Assembly (NCBI GenBank): GCA_002269645.1 | Contig: NIVC01000551.1 | Coordinates: 62,001-126,000, forward strand | Length of the DNA: 64,000 nt | DNA from: Macrostomum lignano | Lineage: Eukaryota | Direction: 5' to 3' | Shown here: positions 1 through 13,266 of the stretch, in pieces | How the letters are laid out: every line of letters begins with the position of its first letter | Numbering within the stretch: the stretch's first letter is position 1 | Position numbers and translations under genes: made by a program | Notes under the pieces: generated by a model | Seen by the model: the letters and a program-made list of their open reading frames with translations, nothing else | Databases searched by the model: none | Told to the model about the DNA's origin: nothing

Positions 1-39
1 CAACTAACTAGTGAACTAACGGTCTCCTTATCAGCTCAC

Positions 40-216
40 CTGCACTACTCCATCGACAATGTAGTTAAAGTATGCCCTATCAAATCCAGGCGTATTCAAA
101 GCCACAAACAGGTCCTGGTTGAAGCCGCCGGGTCCCGCATGCGTGTGGGTGGCCGAAAGCATCACGTTGGTCTCGGAGAATCGGCCTCCGGTGGCCTCCG
201 ACAACCGTTTGCCAAC
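40..216 (-). CDS. ASAH2: Ceramidase coding exon 3 (59 codons)
   Basis: CAG acceptor 217-219, NVMLSATHTHAGPGG motif, GTGAG donor 35-39. Confidence 0.92.
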
Positions 217-3200
217 CTGCACGCAGGGGGTGCATTGGATGCATTGGGCCAAGTAAAACGACGCGACGTAGCATTTGTTGGTAGGCAATACGAAACAGAA
301 TACTTAAAGTAGAAATCTGGCAATATAGAGCGCCATTCTAACACAATATAGAGCGCCATTCTGACACTATCTAGGGCGTCATTGAACACCATCTAGGACA
401 CTATTCTAACACTATATAGAGGGCGCCATTCTAACACTATATCTAGGGCGCCATTCTAACACTATCTAGGGCGCCATTCTAACTCTATAGATGGCGCCAT
501 TCTAACACTATCTAGGGCGCCATTCTAACTCTATAGATGGCGCCATTCTAACACTATGTAGGGCGCCATTTTAAATCTATAGAGGGCGCCATTCTGACAC
601 TATCTAGAGATCTATTCTGAGCTCCTCTACTGACTTAACACACGCAACTCAAGCGCCGAACAGTTGGCATAGCAACCAGCAGCAACAAGCCCGAGGCGGA
701 TCAGGCAGTCTCACTGTGAAAGACAGCAGGTGGGACACCATTGCCAGATCCAGCACAGCGTAGGCCGCAGAATTTCCCGCTGAATCTCGAAACGCAAAAG
801 CCCGGCAGAACAGGCGAGTGTGCAGGCCGGATAACTTGGCGTGCGCGTAGCCCATCTGCGGGTAATTTATGGTTACATTTAATTAAACTATAATAGCCGC
901 ATTCTAATTTTTCTACTTTCAGTAGAGTAGTTTGGTAGTGTTTTTCTGTAACTATAAAAAATCGCCATACTAAGTTCTACGTTAATTGAAAAGTGCAATT
1001 TAAATTCCAGTAGGCGTACGCTTGGACGATAAAGCCGAAAAGTTTTATTTTTAAAGTGCACACTTCTTAGTACTCGTGGAATAATAAATCAATATGAATA
1101 TTTCTGCCCACACAAATTCTGTCAATTTTTTATACTTCGCACCTAAGTACTCTGAATAAATTTTGTGCAGTTTGCGTGCACTGTCTTTCTGACAGAGCGA
1201 ATGGCAAATACAGGCATTATAAAGTGTGATAATTACTGTTTAAGAGTTGCAACTTTTATAGCTGTTGTAGTAAAATTGTCAGGAGAAGGGAGAGGGAGAA
1301 GAGAGAATAGAGGAAAGAGAGGGAGGGGAGAGATGAGAGGGGAGATAAGAGGGAAGAAGGCTAAGAAGAGAGAGGGGAGAGGGCAAAGGGGAGAGGAGAG
1401 AGGGGAGACGGGAGACGAGAGAGGGGGTGAGAGGGGAGAGGAGATAGGAAAGAAGGGAGAGGAGAGAGAGAAGGGGCGAGAAGGGGAGAGGAAAGAGGGG
1501 AGAGGGGAGAGGAGAGAGAGGACATGAGATAGGGGAGAGGGGTGAGGAGAAACGGTAAATAAGAGGGTAGAGGAGAGAGGGAATAGGGGATATAGAGGAA
1601 AGAGATAGGGGAGAGGGGTGAGGAGAGAGGAGAGAGGAAGATAACCGTGAGGAGAGGCCACCCTCCCACAAAAAGCTGGTTTTAGCCCAACGCAAACAAA
1701 CAAAGCGATCAAAGACGCTCCCCAACGCCCAGCGGTCACAGACTGCGCCAACGGCAAATGAACGCTTGCTCAGTCAGCCCACCAGAAATCTCACACAGGA
1801 TCTCTCCCCAAGGGCCGAGCAAGCAGACTGAGAGTACATGTATAACACAGCGGAGAATACCAGCAGTGAACACAACCGCACACAGAGAAAGAGAGAGAGA
1901 ACACGATACCACAAAATGGAATATAAATTTTGGCATCATAAACTTGTGCCGCAATAAATGATAGCCGCCATTGCTCCGCTGTAAAGGCTAAAAACATTTG
2001 CATATTGCCTAGTTGCGTAAATTTACTGCCGACCCAGGTCAATCAGATGCACACACACATGAGCACACACACAATCATATTCATTTTCACAATCCTGGGC
2101 TAACAAACAGACGGATCTAGGATTTCAAATTCTGAGTATTGTTGAGTTGCTCAAAGGATTGCTTGAAAAAAGGCACAGGCACAAAGAGAAAACAGCGATC
2201 GATTTGACATTTATCTGATGAAGAATGGATGACTACAGACAAAGATGCTTAGGCTAATGATGACATGTGAAACTGATATCCAGATGTATATTAGTATATT
2301 TTTAGAATTGCACTAATTATCCGTTGATAGGCGGGCAACAGCTCATGTTTGTCATATCTGTGGCCTTATGAGACTGAATCTTATTTATGAATATGAATGA
2401 TTATGGATGACTATGGAATAATGAACGATTTTTGATTGATTAAAGCGTCTTAAATTATTCTGATGTGACGGTTTGCGGCTAGCTGTCATCCTCTGTCAGT
2501 GATGAGGCGGGTTGGTATGATAGAGCAGGAGAGGATTCAGCTGACTGAGAATGGAAAAGTGATGGTGAGTCAGGGAGAGGACAGTGAGTCAGGGAGGGGA
2601 AAGTGTGTCAGGGAAGGCACAGTGAGTCAGGGAGGCGATAGTGAGTCAGGGAAGGCACAGTGAGTCAGGGAGGGGAAAGTGAGTCAGGGAAGGGACAGTG
2701 AGTCAGGGAGGGGACAATGAGTCAGGGAGGGGACAGTGAGTCAGGGAGGGGACAATGAGTCAGGGAAGGCACAGTGAGTCAGGGAGGGGAAAGTGAGTCA
2801 GGGAGGAGACAATGAGTCAGGGAAGGCACAGTGAGTCAGGGAGGGGACAATGAGTCAGGGAGGGGAAAGTGAGTCAGGGAGGGGAAAGTGAGTCAGGGAG
2901 GGGAAAGTGAGTCAGGGAAGGGACAGTGAGTCAGGGAGGGGACAGTGAGTCAGGGAGGGGAAAGTGAGTCAGGGAGGGGACTGTGAGTCAGGCAGGGGAC
3001 AGTGAGTCAGGCAGGGGACAGTGAGTCAGGCAGGGGACAGTGAGTCAGGCAGGGGACAGTAAGTCAGGCAGGAGACAGTGAGTCAGGCAGGGGACAGTGA
3101 GTCAGGCAGGGGACAGTGAGTCAGGCAGGAGACAGTGAGTCAGGCAGGAGACAGTGAGTCAGGCAGGGGACTGTGAGTCAGGCAGGAGACAGTGAGTCAG

Positions 3201-3427
3201 GCAGGAGACAGTGAGTCAGGCAGGAGACAGTGAGTCAGGCAGGGGACAGTGAGTCAGGGAAGCAAAGCACCCGAGCATACCGTATTGACTTGCGCAACAG
3301 GTCCAGTAATGTCCATCATCGCTGCTCCAACCTCGAAGCCTTGAACGGCAGAAATTGTTGACAAAATGCAGAACGCGATCATCAGGATCAGAGCCATCGG
3401 CAGCTTCCAGTGCCAAATTGTCTGCAT
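40..3427 (-). CDS. ASAH2: Neutral/alkaline non-lysosomal ceramidase, 5' part (coding exons 3281-3427, 715-855, 40-216; continues off the left edge)
   Basis: Joined exons read MQTIWHWKLPMALILMIAFCILSTISAVQGFEVGAAMMDITGPVAQVNT|MGYAHAKLSGLHTRLFCRAF...DLAMVSHLLSFT|VGKRLSEATGGRFSETNVMLSATHTHAGPGG...DGVVQ. This matches the neutral ceramidase motifs D-I-T-G-P, MGYA, G-x-H-T-R and S-x-T-H-T-H-x-G-P. All three donors are GT (GTATG, GTGAG, GTGAG), acceptors are CAG, all phase 0. The hydrophobic N-terminus looks like a signal peptide. Confidence 0.92.
326..610. repeat. Intronic minisatellite, ~23-bp unit gggcgccattctaacactatcta
   Basis: Tandem copies read directly; lies inside ceramidase intron 217-714. 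Confidence 0.9.
715..855 (-). CDS. ASAH2: Ceramidase coding exon 2 (47 codons)
   Basis: CAG acceptor 856-858, MGYA...LHTRLFCRAF, GTGAG donor 710-714. Confidence 0.92.
1285..1660. repeat. Homopurine (GA-rich) low-complexity tract
   Basis: Almost exclusively A/G on the plus strand. Confidence 0.9.
2565..3260. repeat. Intronic minisatellite, 19-bp unit agtgagtcagg(g/c)aggggac
   Basis: About 35 tandem copies ending ~20 bp from the exon-1 donor. Confidence 0.92.
3281..3427 (-). CDS. ASAH2: Ceramidase coding exon 1 (49 codons; absent from the ORF track in this frame)
   Basis: ATG at 3425-3427, signal-peptide-like stretch, GAAMMDITGPVAQVNT, GTATG donor at 3276-3280. Confidence 0.88.
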
Positions 3428-3859
3428 GGGTGTGAGATAACTGCTCTAACTGATAGCTAGCTAATCTGTATAGTAATGTAGCAATAATTCAATTCATTTT
3501 CTCTGGCACTATATATACATTCATAGTTGATATATTGATTTAGATATAACAGCTCCGCATGGCTACACAGGAGCACGCCAAACGATTTTGTGTGTGTGTG
3601 TGTGTGCAAGTTATAGAGCTATAGAGGGCCAATGTAGCTTTCCTGTATCGTGACCGCTCTGGCTCGTGTAGGTTGCAGATATTAGGGAAACACAAACACC
3701 GCCTATCTGCAGTGCTGTGCAGCGCTGGGGGCAAGAGAACGGGCAAGTCCTGCCCAATGAAATCTGTCCCTCTCTCTCTCTCTCTGTGGGGGGGCGATGC
3801 AAATCGTGCCGAAAAGTGAGTGAAAATATGAAGGCCGGAAAAGAGATGAGACCTCTTGT

Positions 3860-4555
3860 CAGCTTGAGATAAGCGGTTGAGAGAACAGAGATAAGGAACC
3901 CGGTAGAGAGATAAGCAGTTGAGAGAAGAGAGATAAGGAACCCAGTAGAGAGGATAAGGAACCCAGTAGAGAGATAAGCAGTTGAGAGAAGAGAGATAAG
4001 GAATCAAGTAGAGAGGATAAGCAGTTGAGAGAAGAGAGATAAGGAACCCAGTAGAGAGATAAGCAGTTGAGAGAAGAGAGATAAGGAACCCAGTAGAGAG
4101 ATAAGCGGTTGAGAGAAGAGAGATAAGGAACCCAGTAGAGAGATAAGCAGTTGAGAGAAGAGAGATAAGGAACCCAGTAGAGAGATAAGCGGTTGAGAGA
4201 AGAGAGATAAGGAACCCAGTAGAGAGATAAGCAGTTGAGAGAAGAGAGATAAGGAACCCAGTAGAGAGGATAAGGAACCCAGTAGAGAGATAAGCAGTTG
4301 AGAGAAGAGAGATAAGGAACCCAGTAGAGAGGATAAGGAACCCAGTAGAGAGATAAGCAGTTGAGAGAAGAGAGATAAGGAACCCAGTAGAGAGGATAAG
4401 GAACCCAGTAGAGAGATAAGCAGTTGAGAGAAGAGAGATAAGGAATCAAGTAGAGAGGATAAGGAACCCAGTAGAGAGATAAGCGGTTGAGAGAACAGAG
4501 ATAAGGAACCCAGTAGAGAGATAAGCGGTTGAGAGAACAGAGATAAGGAACCCAG
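3860..4555. repeat. Compound minisatellite (gagataaggaacccagtaga / gagataagcagttgagagaa)
   Basis: Alternating related subunits in tandem. Confidence 0.9.
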
Positions 4556-4989
4556 AAGTAAGAGAAAAGAGAAGAATTGAAGGACATCAAGTCATTGAGT
4601 TATAAAAGCTGGCTAACATGCAGATACAAACAGTTTGCAAGTTCACACAACTAACTAAGTCAGGCATTCGAGCACTGGCAGATTAATTTGGTACAATACA
4701 TTTCTACAATAATGATACAAGGAATAAAGCTGCATGGGGCCTGCATAAGAATAGAGGGCAGCAGGAAAAGAAAACACGAACACCACCGAATCCTGATTGA
4801 TGTGATGAGGTAATGTATGTTGGTTTAGACCAAAGGACTCCATGTAGTTCATAAACTTGTTATCATGCTTCATCTACGTCATCCAACATCGACGGTGCTT
4901 CTTTACTGGATACGCTACTGAGATAGGTAGTAGTATAGTGACGTGGTGGCTTGGCCACTAATGACAATTGATCACAATAAAAAGTATAT

Positions 4990-5520
4990 GACTTTGCCAC
5001 TCATAATAATTAGTCACAGTCAAAAAGTTTATGGCTTCAACACTCGTGATAATTAGTCACAGTCAAATAGTCTATGGCTTCAACACTCGTGACAATAGGT
5101 CACAGTCAAATAGTCTATGGCTTTTCCACTCGTGATAATTAGTCACAGTCAAATAGTCTATGGCTTTTCCACTCGTGATAATTAGTCACAGTCAAATAGT
5201 CTATGACTTTTCCACTCGTGATAATTAGTCACAGTCAAATAGTCTATGGCTTCAACACTCGTGACAATTAGTCATAGTCAAATAGTCTATGGCTTTTCCA
5301 CTCGTGATAATTAGTCACAGTCAAATAGTCTATGGCTTCAACACTCGTGATAATTAGTCACAGTCAAATAGTCTATGGCTTTTCCACTCGTGATAATTAG
5401 TCACAGTCAAATAGTCTATGGCTTTTCCACTCGTGACAACTAGTCACAGTCAAATAGTCTATGGCTTTTCCACTCGTGATAATTAGTCACAGTCAAATAG
5501 TCTATGGCTTCAACACTCCT
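4990..5520. repeat. Tandem repeat, 43-bp unit ccactcgtgataattagtcacagtcaaatagtctatggctttt
   Basis: Successive copies at 5126 and 5169; about 12 copies. Confidence 0.9.
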
Positions 5521-6125
5521 GACAAATAATCACAGCTAATCAAATATTTTTCGCACTTTTAGGAGCGTAGTTCCTATCTCACTATCTCACGACTTTGTTG
5601 CGCGTCCTCGATAGCAGCAGGAAACCCATTAGGAAAACTGTTGGGTAAGAAGAAATGACAGTTACTTCTTCTGAGTACGCCTCGTATGTTCGAACAGACC
5701 GCAATTTTATTACAGAAGTAAGTCATACAGCCCAGCTTTCAGCATCTTGAAGTCTGCTCTGTCCTGGGGCGCACACGTAGGGTGTAAAGAACACTGACCT
5801 CCTAACCTTCTTCCATTCTTCTACTTTTGTGCCATCTAAGAGAGGTTTGAGCAGAAAGCCTATTTATACCCCAGGACAATGGAGGAGCTATAGTCAATAG
5901 ACTAGCAATCTACGCCCCCCGTTGGGGAGCCAAAGAAATGCAATACACGTTTTTTTAATAAGCTACATGTATCCTTGAAATCTTAAAAAATCTCCTGTCA
6001 AACCTTGTAAGCCTTGACATGTCAGTAATTCCCCCCCACAAGCTTTAACATATCAACTTCCCCCCTTGACATCTCAGCAATGCCCCCAATAAGCCTTGGA
6101 AATCTAAAAATATCTGTCAACCTTC

Positions 6126-6212
6126 TAACCCTAACCCTAACCCTAACCCTAACCCTAACCCTAACCCTAACCCTAACCCTAACCCTAACCCTAACCCTAA
6201 CCCTAACCCTAA
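6126..6212. repeat. Interstitial telomeric-type repeat (TAACCC)14.5 = (TTAGGG)n on minus
   Basis: 87 bp of perfect TAACCC units. Confidence 0.95.
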
Positions 6213-6889
6213 AGCATTGAAATTTCAGTAATTCTCTCTAAGAGTCATTATAGCACTACTACAGCATTATAGCGATTCCCTGCAAGCCTCGACATCGTAG
6301 GGATTCCCAAATGAATCTCTTAACTTCGACATGAAGCTTCTTGTAAGCCTTGACATGTCAGCGATGGCCCCATTAACCTTGAAATCTAAAAAATCCCCTG
6401 TTAACCTTGAAACCCGATAAAATATAACCCTCAACCCAAACCTGACCTAAACCTAACTTTAACCCAACCTAAAGCCTTGAAATCTCAGCAATTCTTCTCC
6501 CCTAAGCCTTGACATTTTAGTGATTCCTTCTTTAAGAATCACAGCACTATAACGATTTCCACCAAGCTTTGACATCGTAGCAATTCCCAAATGAATCTTT
6601 TAACTTCGACATGACTTTTCTTTTATGTATACATAGTGCTACTTTTATTTTTTACATGACTCTTCTTCTATCAGCGCCCCCCGTGGCGAGCCAACAAAGA
6701 ATGCAATAAAAAATTGAGTAAAGTACATGAACTTTGAAGTAGCTTCTGACTTTTGCTTTGACATCTCAGAAAACCCCCCCCCTCCGTAATCTCAGTTATT
6801 CTCTGATCAGTTATTCTCTGAGAGCCTTTACGTCTCAGTTTTTCTCCCCAGCACAGCATTATAGCTGCATTTAATTTTTACATGACACC

Positions 6890-8520
6890 CTTCATGTCTG
6901 ACATGACGCTTCTTTTATTCTACCGTGATGCTTCTTAATTTTTTAAATGACACTTTCATTAGTTTTTAAATGAGGCTTCTATGATTTTTTACATGACGCT
7001 TCTATGATTGTTTACATGACGCTTCTATGATTTTTACATGACGCTTCTAGGATTTTTTACATGACGCTTCTACGATTTTTTACATGACGCTTCTATGATT
7101 TTTTACATGACGCTTCTATGATTTTTTAAATTACGCTTCTATGATTTTTACATGACGCTTCTATGATTTTTTACATGACGCTTCTATGATTGTTTACATG
7201 ACGCTTCTATGATTGTTTACATGACGCTTCTATGATTGTTTACATGACGCTTCTATGATTTTTTACATGAGGCTTCTATGATTTTTTACTTGACGCTTCC
7301 ATGATTTTTTACATGACGCTTCTATGATTTTTTTAAATAACGCTTCTATGATTTTTTTAAATAACGCTTCTATGATTTTTTACATGACGCTTCTATGATT
7401 TTTTACATGACGCTTCTATGATTGTTTACATGACGCTTCTATGATTGTTTACATGACGCTTCTATGATTGTTTACATGACGCTTCTATGATTGTTTACAT
7501 GACGCTTCTATGATTGTTTACATGACGCTTCTATGATTTAAAAAAAAAACGCTTCTATGATTTTTAAATGACGCTTGTACGATTTTTTACATGAGGCTTC
7601 TATGATTTTTTACATGACGCTTCTATGATTGTTTACATAACGCTTCTATGATTTTTTAAAAAAACGCTTTTATGATTGTTTACATGACGCTTCTATGATT
7701 GTTTACATGACGCTTCTATGATTTTTAGATGACGCTTCTACGATTTTTTACATGACGCTTCTACGATTTTTTACATGACGCTTCTATGATTTTTTACATG
7801 ACGCTTCTATGATTTTTTAAATTACGCTTCTATGATTTTTACATGACGCTTCTATGATTGTTTACATGACGCTTCTATGATTGTTTACATGACGCTTCTA
7901 TGATTGTTTACATGACGCTTCTATGATTTTTTACATGAGGCTTCTATGATTTTTTACATGACGCTTCTATGATTGTTTACATGACGCTTCTATGATTGTT
8001 TACATGACGCTTCTATGATTGTTTACATGACGCTTCTATGATTGTTTACATGACGCTTCTATGATTTTTTACATGAGGCTTCTATGATTTTTTACATGAC
8101 GCTTCTATGATTGTTTACATGGCGCTTCTATGATTTTTTGAAAAAACGCTTCTATGATTGTTTACATGACGCTTCTATGATTGTTTACATGACGCTTCTA
8201 TGATTTTTATATGACGCTTCTATGATTTTTATATGACGCTTCTATGATTGTTTACATGACGCTTCTATGATATTTTATATGCCCCTTTATTTTTTTTATA
8301 TGACGCTTTTATGATTTTTTAAATGACGCATCTATGATTTTTATATGACGCTTCTATGATTTTTTACATGACGCTTCCATGATTGTTTACATGACGCTTC
8401 TATGATTGTTTATATGACGCTTCTATGATTTTTTACATGACGCTTCTATGATTTTTTACATGACGCTTCTATGATTTTTTACATGACGCTTCTATGATTT
8501 TTACATGACGCTTCTTTTTA
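6890..8520. repeat. Minisatellite, 22-23-bp unit acatgacgcttctatgatt(g/t)ttt
   Basis: About 70 tandem copies inside Helitron-like unit 1. Confidence 0.92.
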
Positions 8521-9654
8521 AAAAGTCTTTTAGTTTTCCTGACGATGAAAAGCTTTAATTAAAAAAATTAAATTAAATACTCTATGAAAATTCGAACCAT
8601 CGTCTCTGCATTTAGCAGTTCAGTTTGTTCACCTCTAGGCTAGCTCTCATAGTTTTGATAACATCAAATTTTGCACTTATATAATTCAACACTTGAAAAT
8701 CCAAGCATAGAGTAAATCACACGAAGCAGTTATGACATAATCAGTTTCTCAGTCAGTCAGTATCAGTTAACAATATGGTTACGCAATTTAAATCAAGTCT
8801 GGTGCTACGCTTCCACTCTGCATTTTCAATTCAAGTCAGAGTTACAATTCAGTTATGATGCAATCTATTTCAGAATCAGAACCAACCAGTCAGTTTTTTC
8901 TCTAGCATTCTTACAATGCATTTCAAGTCGAAAAGTTTGCTTGACCTTTGCAAAAAAGCATGTTTTTCGAATATTTAATGCCTTTAGCATCGAGCAATTT
9001 CTTAGCCAAGATACATGTACTGTCACGGAAAAATTTCTGATCGAATGGTGCAAGTTTGAACAAAATAGGATGAGCCATTTTTGCTAAAATCGATTGCGCA
9101 CAAACAAGATTTTCATTTTTAGTATATAGGACTAGCCATTTAGCCCCCCTCTGGGGAGCCTTGAAAATGACACCAATTGGTTTTTATTTTGGCACAACAG
9201 CAACCTTACTATAATTATCCAAAATGTTGATTTCCATTAATCAAAAATTACCTTTTCTCACGTTTGAAAAAATAAGTTGCCATGAATCAGAACTTTCATT
9301 AGCCAAAAAGTTTCCTTCATCAGCCCAAAACCCTTTCTAAATCAGCAAATAGTGCTTATCCGTTCAAGCACAAACTCTTAGTGAATATCGTCACTGGCCG
9401 GGGCATACTCTGATCCGCAGCAGGAGCTCAAAATGCAAATCCCTGACGGCCTTAGACCCTCTCTGTTTATTAGCCTAAATCAAAGAATCAAACATTTAAT
9501 AAATGCGCTGGTATTTCCTATTAGCAGAAATCAGCATCACTTGTGTGTACTTTTTCATTATCTGAATTACATGAGCTACTTGAGCCGTACTACCTGACTA
9601 TCTGACAATCGCCCAATAACCTAGTAACCCCCCCCCAAAATTCAGCCATCGTCC

Positions 9655-10070
9655 ATGAGCCTTGACATATCAGCAATTCCCAGTAAGCCTTGGCATATCA
9701 GCAATTCCCAGTAAGCCTTGGCATATCAGCAATTCCCCCAGTAAGCCTTGAGATCTCAGCAATTGCCCCAGTAAGCCTTGACATCTTACCAATTCCCCCA
9801 GTAAGCCTTGACATATCAGCAATTCCCCCAGTAAGCCTTGAAATCTCAGCTTTCCCCCAGTAAGCATTGAAATCCTAGCAATTCCCAGTAAGACTTGACA
9901 TCTCTCTCAACATTTCCCCAGTAAGCCTTGACATATCAGCAAAATTCCCATAGTAAGCCTTGAGATCTCAGAAATTCCCCCCATAAGCTCTGAGATCTCA
10001 GCAATTGCCCCCGGTAAGCCTTGACATCTCAGCAGTTATCCCATTAAGCCTCGACATCACAGCAATTAAA
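9655..10070. repeat. ~31-bp tandem repeat cccagtaagccttgacatctcagcaattcc (related copies at ~15170-15720 and degenerate elsewhere in the array)
   Basis: Read directly. Confidence 0.85.
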
Positions 10071-10974
10071 CTCGAGCCTTGACATCACGCAATTCTTCCA
10101 GCGCAATAAGCCTTGACATACCAACAACCCAACTCCCTTTTCCCAAGAATTCAGCAATACCCTTATAAGCCTTGATAACTCAGCAATTTCTTTATGAGCT
10201 TTGTCAACAGAGTGATTCCACAATGAACTTTGATTATATCTAAGCAAGTCTTTAATTAATGGTCACCCTAACCCATAAGTGAGTCTTGGCGTGTTGGCAA
10301 TTTCCACCATAAGCCTTGAGCCTCAGCATTAAAGTAACTTCCTCATAAATAAGCTTTGTAATCTGAATTTCACCGAAAGCCTTGACCTGTCAGCAATTCC
10401 CCGTAGTAGAGCCAAAGCATTTAAGTTTTCCCCCCAAGAGCATTTAATCTTAGCAACTCCTCGATGGATCATTAATGATTGTCACGACGATCGCTCTATA
10501 ATTGAACCAAAACCATAACCCTTGTAGTAGAATTTCAGCAATTCCCCAATGAGCTTTGGAAATGTTAGCAATTTCCCCATTAGCCTGAAAATTGAGTGAC
10601 CAACCTTTTGATATCTTGGCACTTGCATTTCAACAATTAATTTCAGCAATTTCACAAATGAAACTTGAAATCAAAGCAATTCTCCCCAGAATGACATAAT
10701 TATAGCAATTCCCCCTGAGCCTTGAGATCTTATAAATTCTACCGTGAGTCTTGATATCACAGCAATTTCCCATACCAGCATTATGCTCGTAGCAATAGTC
10801 TTAGCAGTCTTAACAGTCTAAGCAATTCTCGATGAAACTTTTACGTTCGACAGGGCGCTTCATTTATGATTGATATGATGATTCTTGTTCGCTTTTTCTT
10901 GCGTTGCGTTTTCTTCTCTTTAAAAGTTTTTAGTAAAAAAATTACAATATTTTACCATAGCTTTCTGCAGTTTT

Positions 10975-11390
10975 TGCAATGGTTCACCAGCATTTCAGCA
11001 ATGGTTCACCAGCATTTCAGCAATTCTTCACCAGCATTTCAGCAATGGTTCACCAGCATTCAGCAATGCTTTACCAGCATTTCAACAATGGTTCACCAGC
11101 AGTTTAGCAATGCTTCACCAGCAGTTTGCATTAGCTATTGTTCACCAGCATTTCAGCAATGGTTCACCAGCAGTTTAGCAATGGTTCAACAGCATTCAGC
11201 AATGGTTCACCAGCAGTTTAGCAATGGTTCACCAGCAGTTTAGCAATGGTTCACCAGCAGTTTAGCAATGGTTCACCAGCAGTTTAGCAATGGTTCACCA
11301 GCAGTTTAGCAATGGTTCACCAGCAGTTTAACAATGGTTCACCAGCAGTTTAACAATGCTTCATCGGCAGTTTAGCTGTGGTTCACCACT
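10975..11390. repeat. 22-bp tandem repeat agcaatggttcaccagcagttt (shorter copy at ~17400-17500)
   Basis: Read directly. Confidence 0.88.
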
Positions 11391-13266
11391 GACCTGTGAC
11401 AATCATTATCGTCACAGGTCACAAAGATAAATTCTTTGCTCCAATGCAGACTCGAACTGCCAACCTTCAGGACTTCTATGCCTGTTACTGCCTGCCTACT
11501 GCGGTTATTGAGCCTATTGACAGATGGTCGAAATAAATCATATGCTATTTAAGAAGATTAGCAGATTAGCTGTTTGAAGTTAACCCTCAGAAATTGGCAG
11601 TTATCACCACAACAACCTGAAATGATCCCTTCATCTAATCCCGCCAAACAGACTGCAGTTATCTCTTAGCAGCCTTCATTTATTCACTTTGCAGTCTATA
11701 CAACTTTTATCAACATTTATAACCTCAGCATTAAAATTTGGGCTAGAATTGTCCCTCAGCAAGCAAAAATAATTCACTCAGCAGACCGCAGTAATTCCTC
11801 CAACATTTTGCAATTAATCCTCAAAAGCTATTATCCACTCAAAACTCTGTAGATAGTTATTATCCTCAGAAGTCTGCCCCCCCCCCCCCAATCAGACCGC
11901 AGTTATCCACTCAGCAGTTTACAGCTTGTCCCCTCTGCAGACTGAAATGATCCTTTCGACAATCTGCAGTGATCCCCTCAGCAGTTCTCCTCAGTGTCCT
12001 CAGCAAACTTGCCCAGAATTGAACGGCTCACTAATCAATTTTCTATACATACGAGTATATCGGCATCGGAATCTTCTGCAGTTTAGCAATGATGGCTCAC
12101 CAGCACTGTTTTGCACAATCAGTGAGCAGATGGCCACTAATCTCCATGCTTCTCAATAATTGAAACCATTTGAAATGTTTGCAACTTGCAGTTGAAATTC
12201 GATTTGCAATCTTCTTACATATTTATTACTTTATTATACGCGTCAGATTAGCACTGCTCTCCCCGATTAGCGCTGCTCACCCAGATTAGCAATAGCCTTT
12301 GCAAATTAGCACTTAAAAACAGATTAGCACTGCTCTAGAAGCTTAACGTAGCCCCAGCGAAAGTATGTATAAATTTAAATGTTAAAAAATTGCATGAATC
12401 TGCATGCATGGGAGACATTCGCTGCTTCAATGCAGACTCGAACTGCCGACCTTCTACCAAAAGCCTTATACGAGCGTACTATTCAAGAAGTTTAGTAACT
12501 TCAGCAGTTTGAAGTTAACCCCCCCCCTTCAGAAATCGGCAGTTATCCCCACAACCTGAAATTAGCTATTCCTTCTAATCCCGCAAACAGACTACAGTCA
12601 TACTCTTAGCAGCCTGCAGTTATCCACTTTGCCGTCTACAACTTTCATTAGCATCAGCAAACTACAATACTTCACTCAGCAGTCCGCAGTTATCCACTCA
12701 ACAACTTGCACTTAATTCTTCACAGTTTTTATCCACTTTAAACTCTGTAGATAGTTACCCCCTCAACAGTTTGCTGCTATGCACTCATAAGTGTGGAGGA
12801 ACTACCTCAGCAGTTTGTTCCATTTTTCCCTTTGCAGTCTGCATGAATGATCCCTTTGACAATCTGCAGTTCCCCTCAGCATCTTCTGTTCTCCTTTTCA
12901 AAAATCTTCCAATCTTCCAATAATCTAAAAATGTGCTCAGCATTTTACGGCTCACTAAACAATTTTCAGTACATATCGGCATTCTTAAAAAGCTCAAAAT
13001 TTAGCAATACCTTTAAGCAATTTTAACAGCATGGTCTGCAGTTTAATAGCAATTCCATACTTTCATGGTGCGAGGCAGTACTCGTTGATGGGATCAGTAA
13101 TACAAGAAGCAGTTTTTTTAAATCAAATTTGATATGTGGCTTGTGCCAAGTAGCAAAAATTATTTGCTAATTAATAAAAAGTGTTGCAATTAAAATTAAT
13201 AAAAATATGTTATATTTAGTCGAGTCACAAGCTACAAATGAATGAATTTACTTAATTTAATTATCC

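Larger units (their letters stand above)
5902..9131 (-). mobile_element. Helitron-like unit 1 (type-I 3' end), with internal telomeric tract and 23-bp array
   Basis: Minus-strand 3' end GCTCCCC-AAC-GGGGGGC (7-bp stem with one G:T pair), 8 nt, CTAG at 5902-5905; 5' end TCCTATATAC at 9131. Confidence 0.65.

Noticed and set aside
1165-4590. ORFs in the GA tract and the 3860-4555 array, including a signal-peptide-like MPLAQ... at 1757
   Set aside because: Low-complexity artefacts; the true ceramidase N-terminus is the 3281-3427 exon, which supplies the DITGP motif in the correct phase
4990-8520. CRISPR-like appearance of the 43-bp and 23-bp arrays (also 27836-28470)
   Set aside because: Units are contiguous with no unique spacers, there are no cas genes, and the context is eukaryotic
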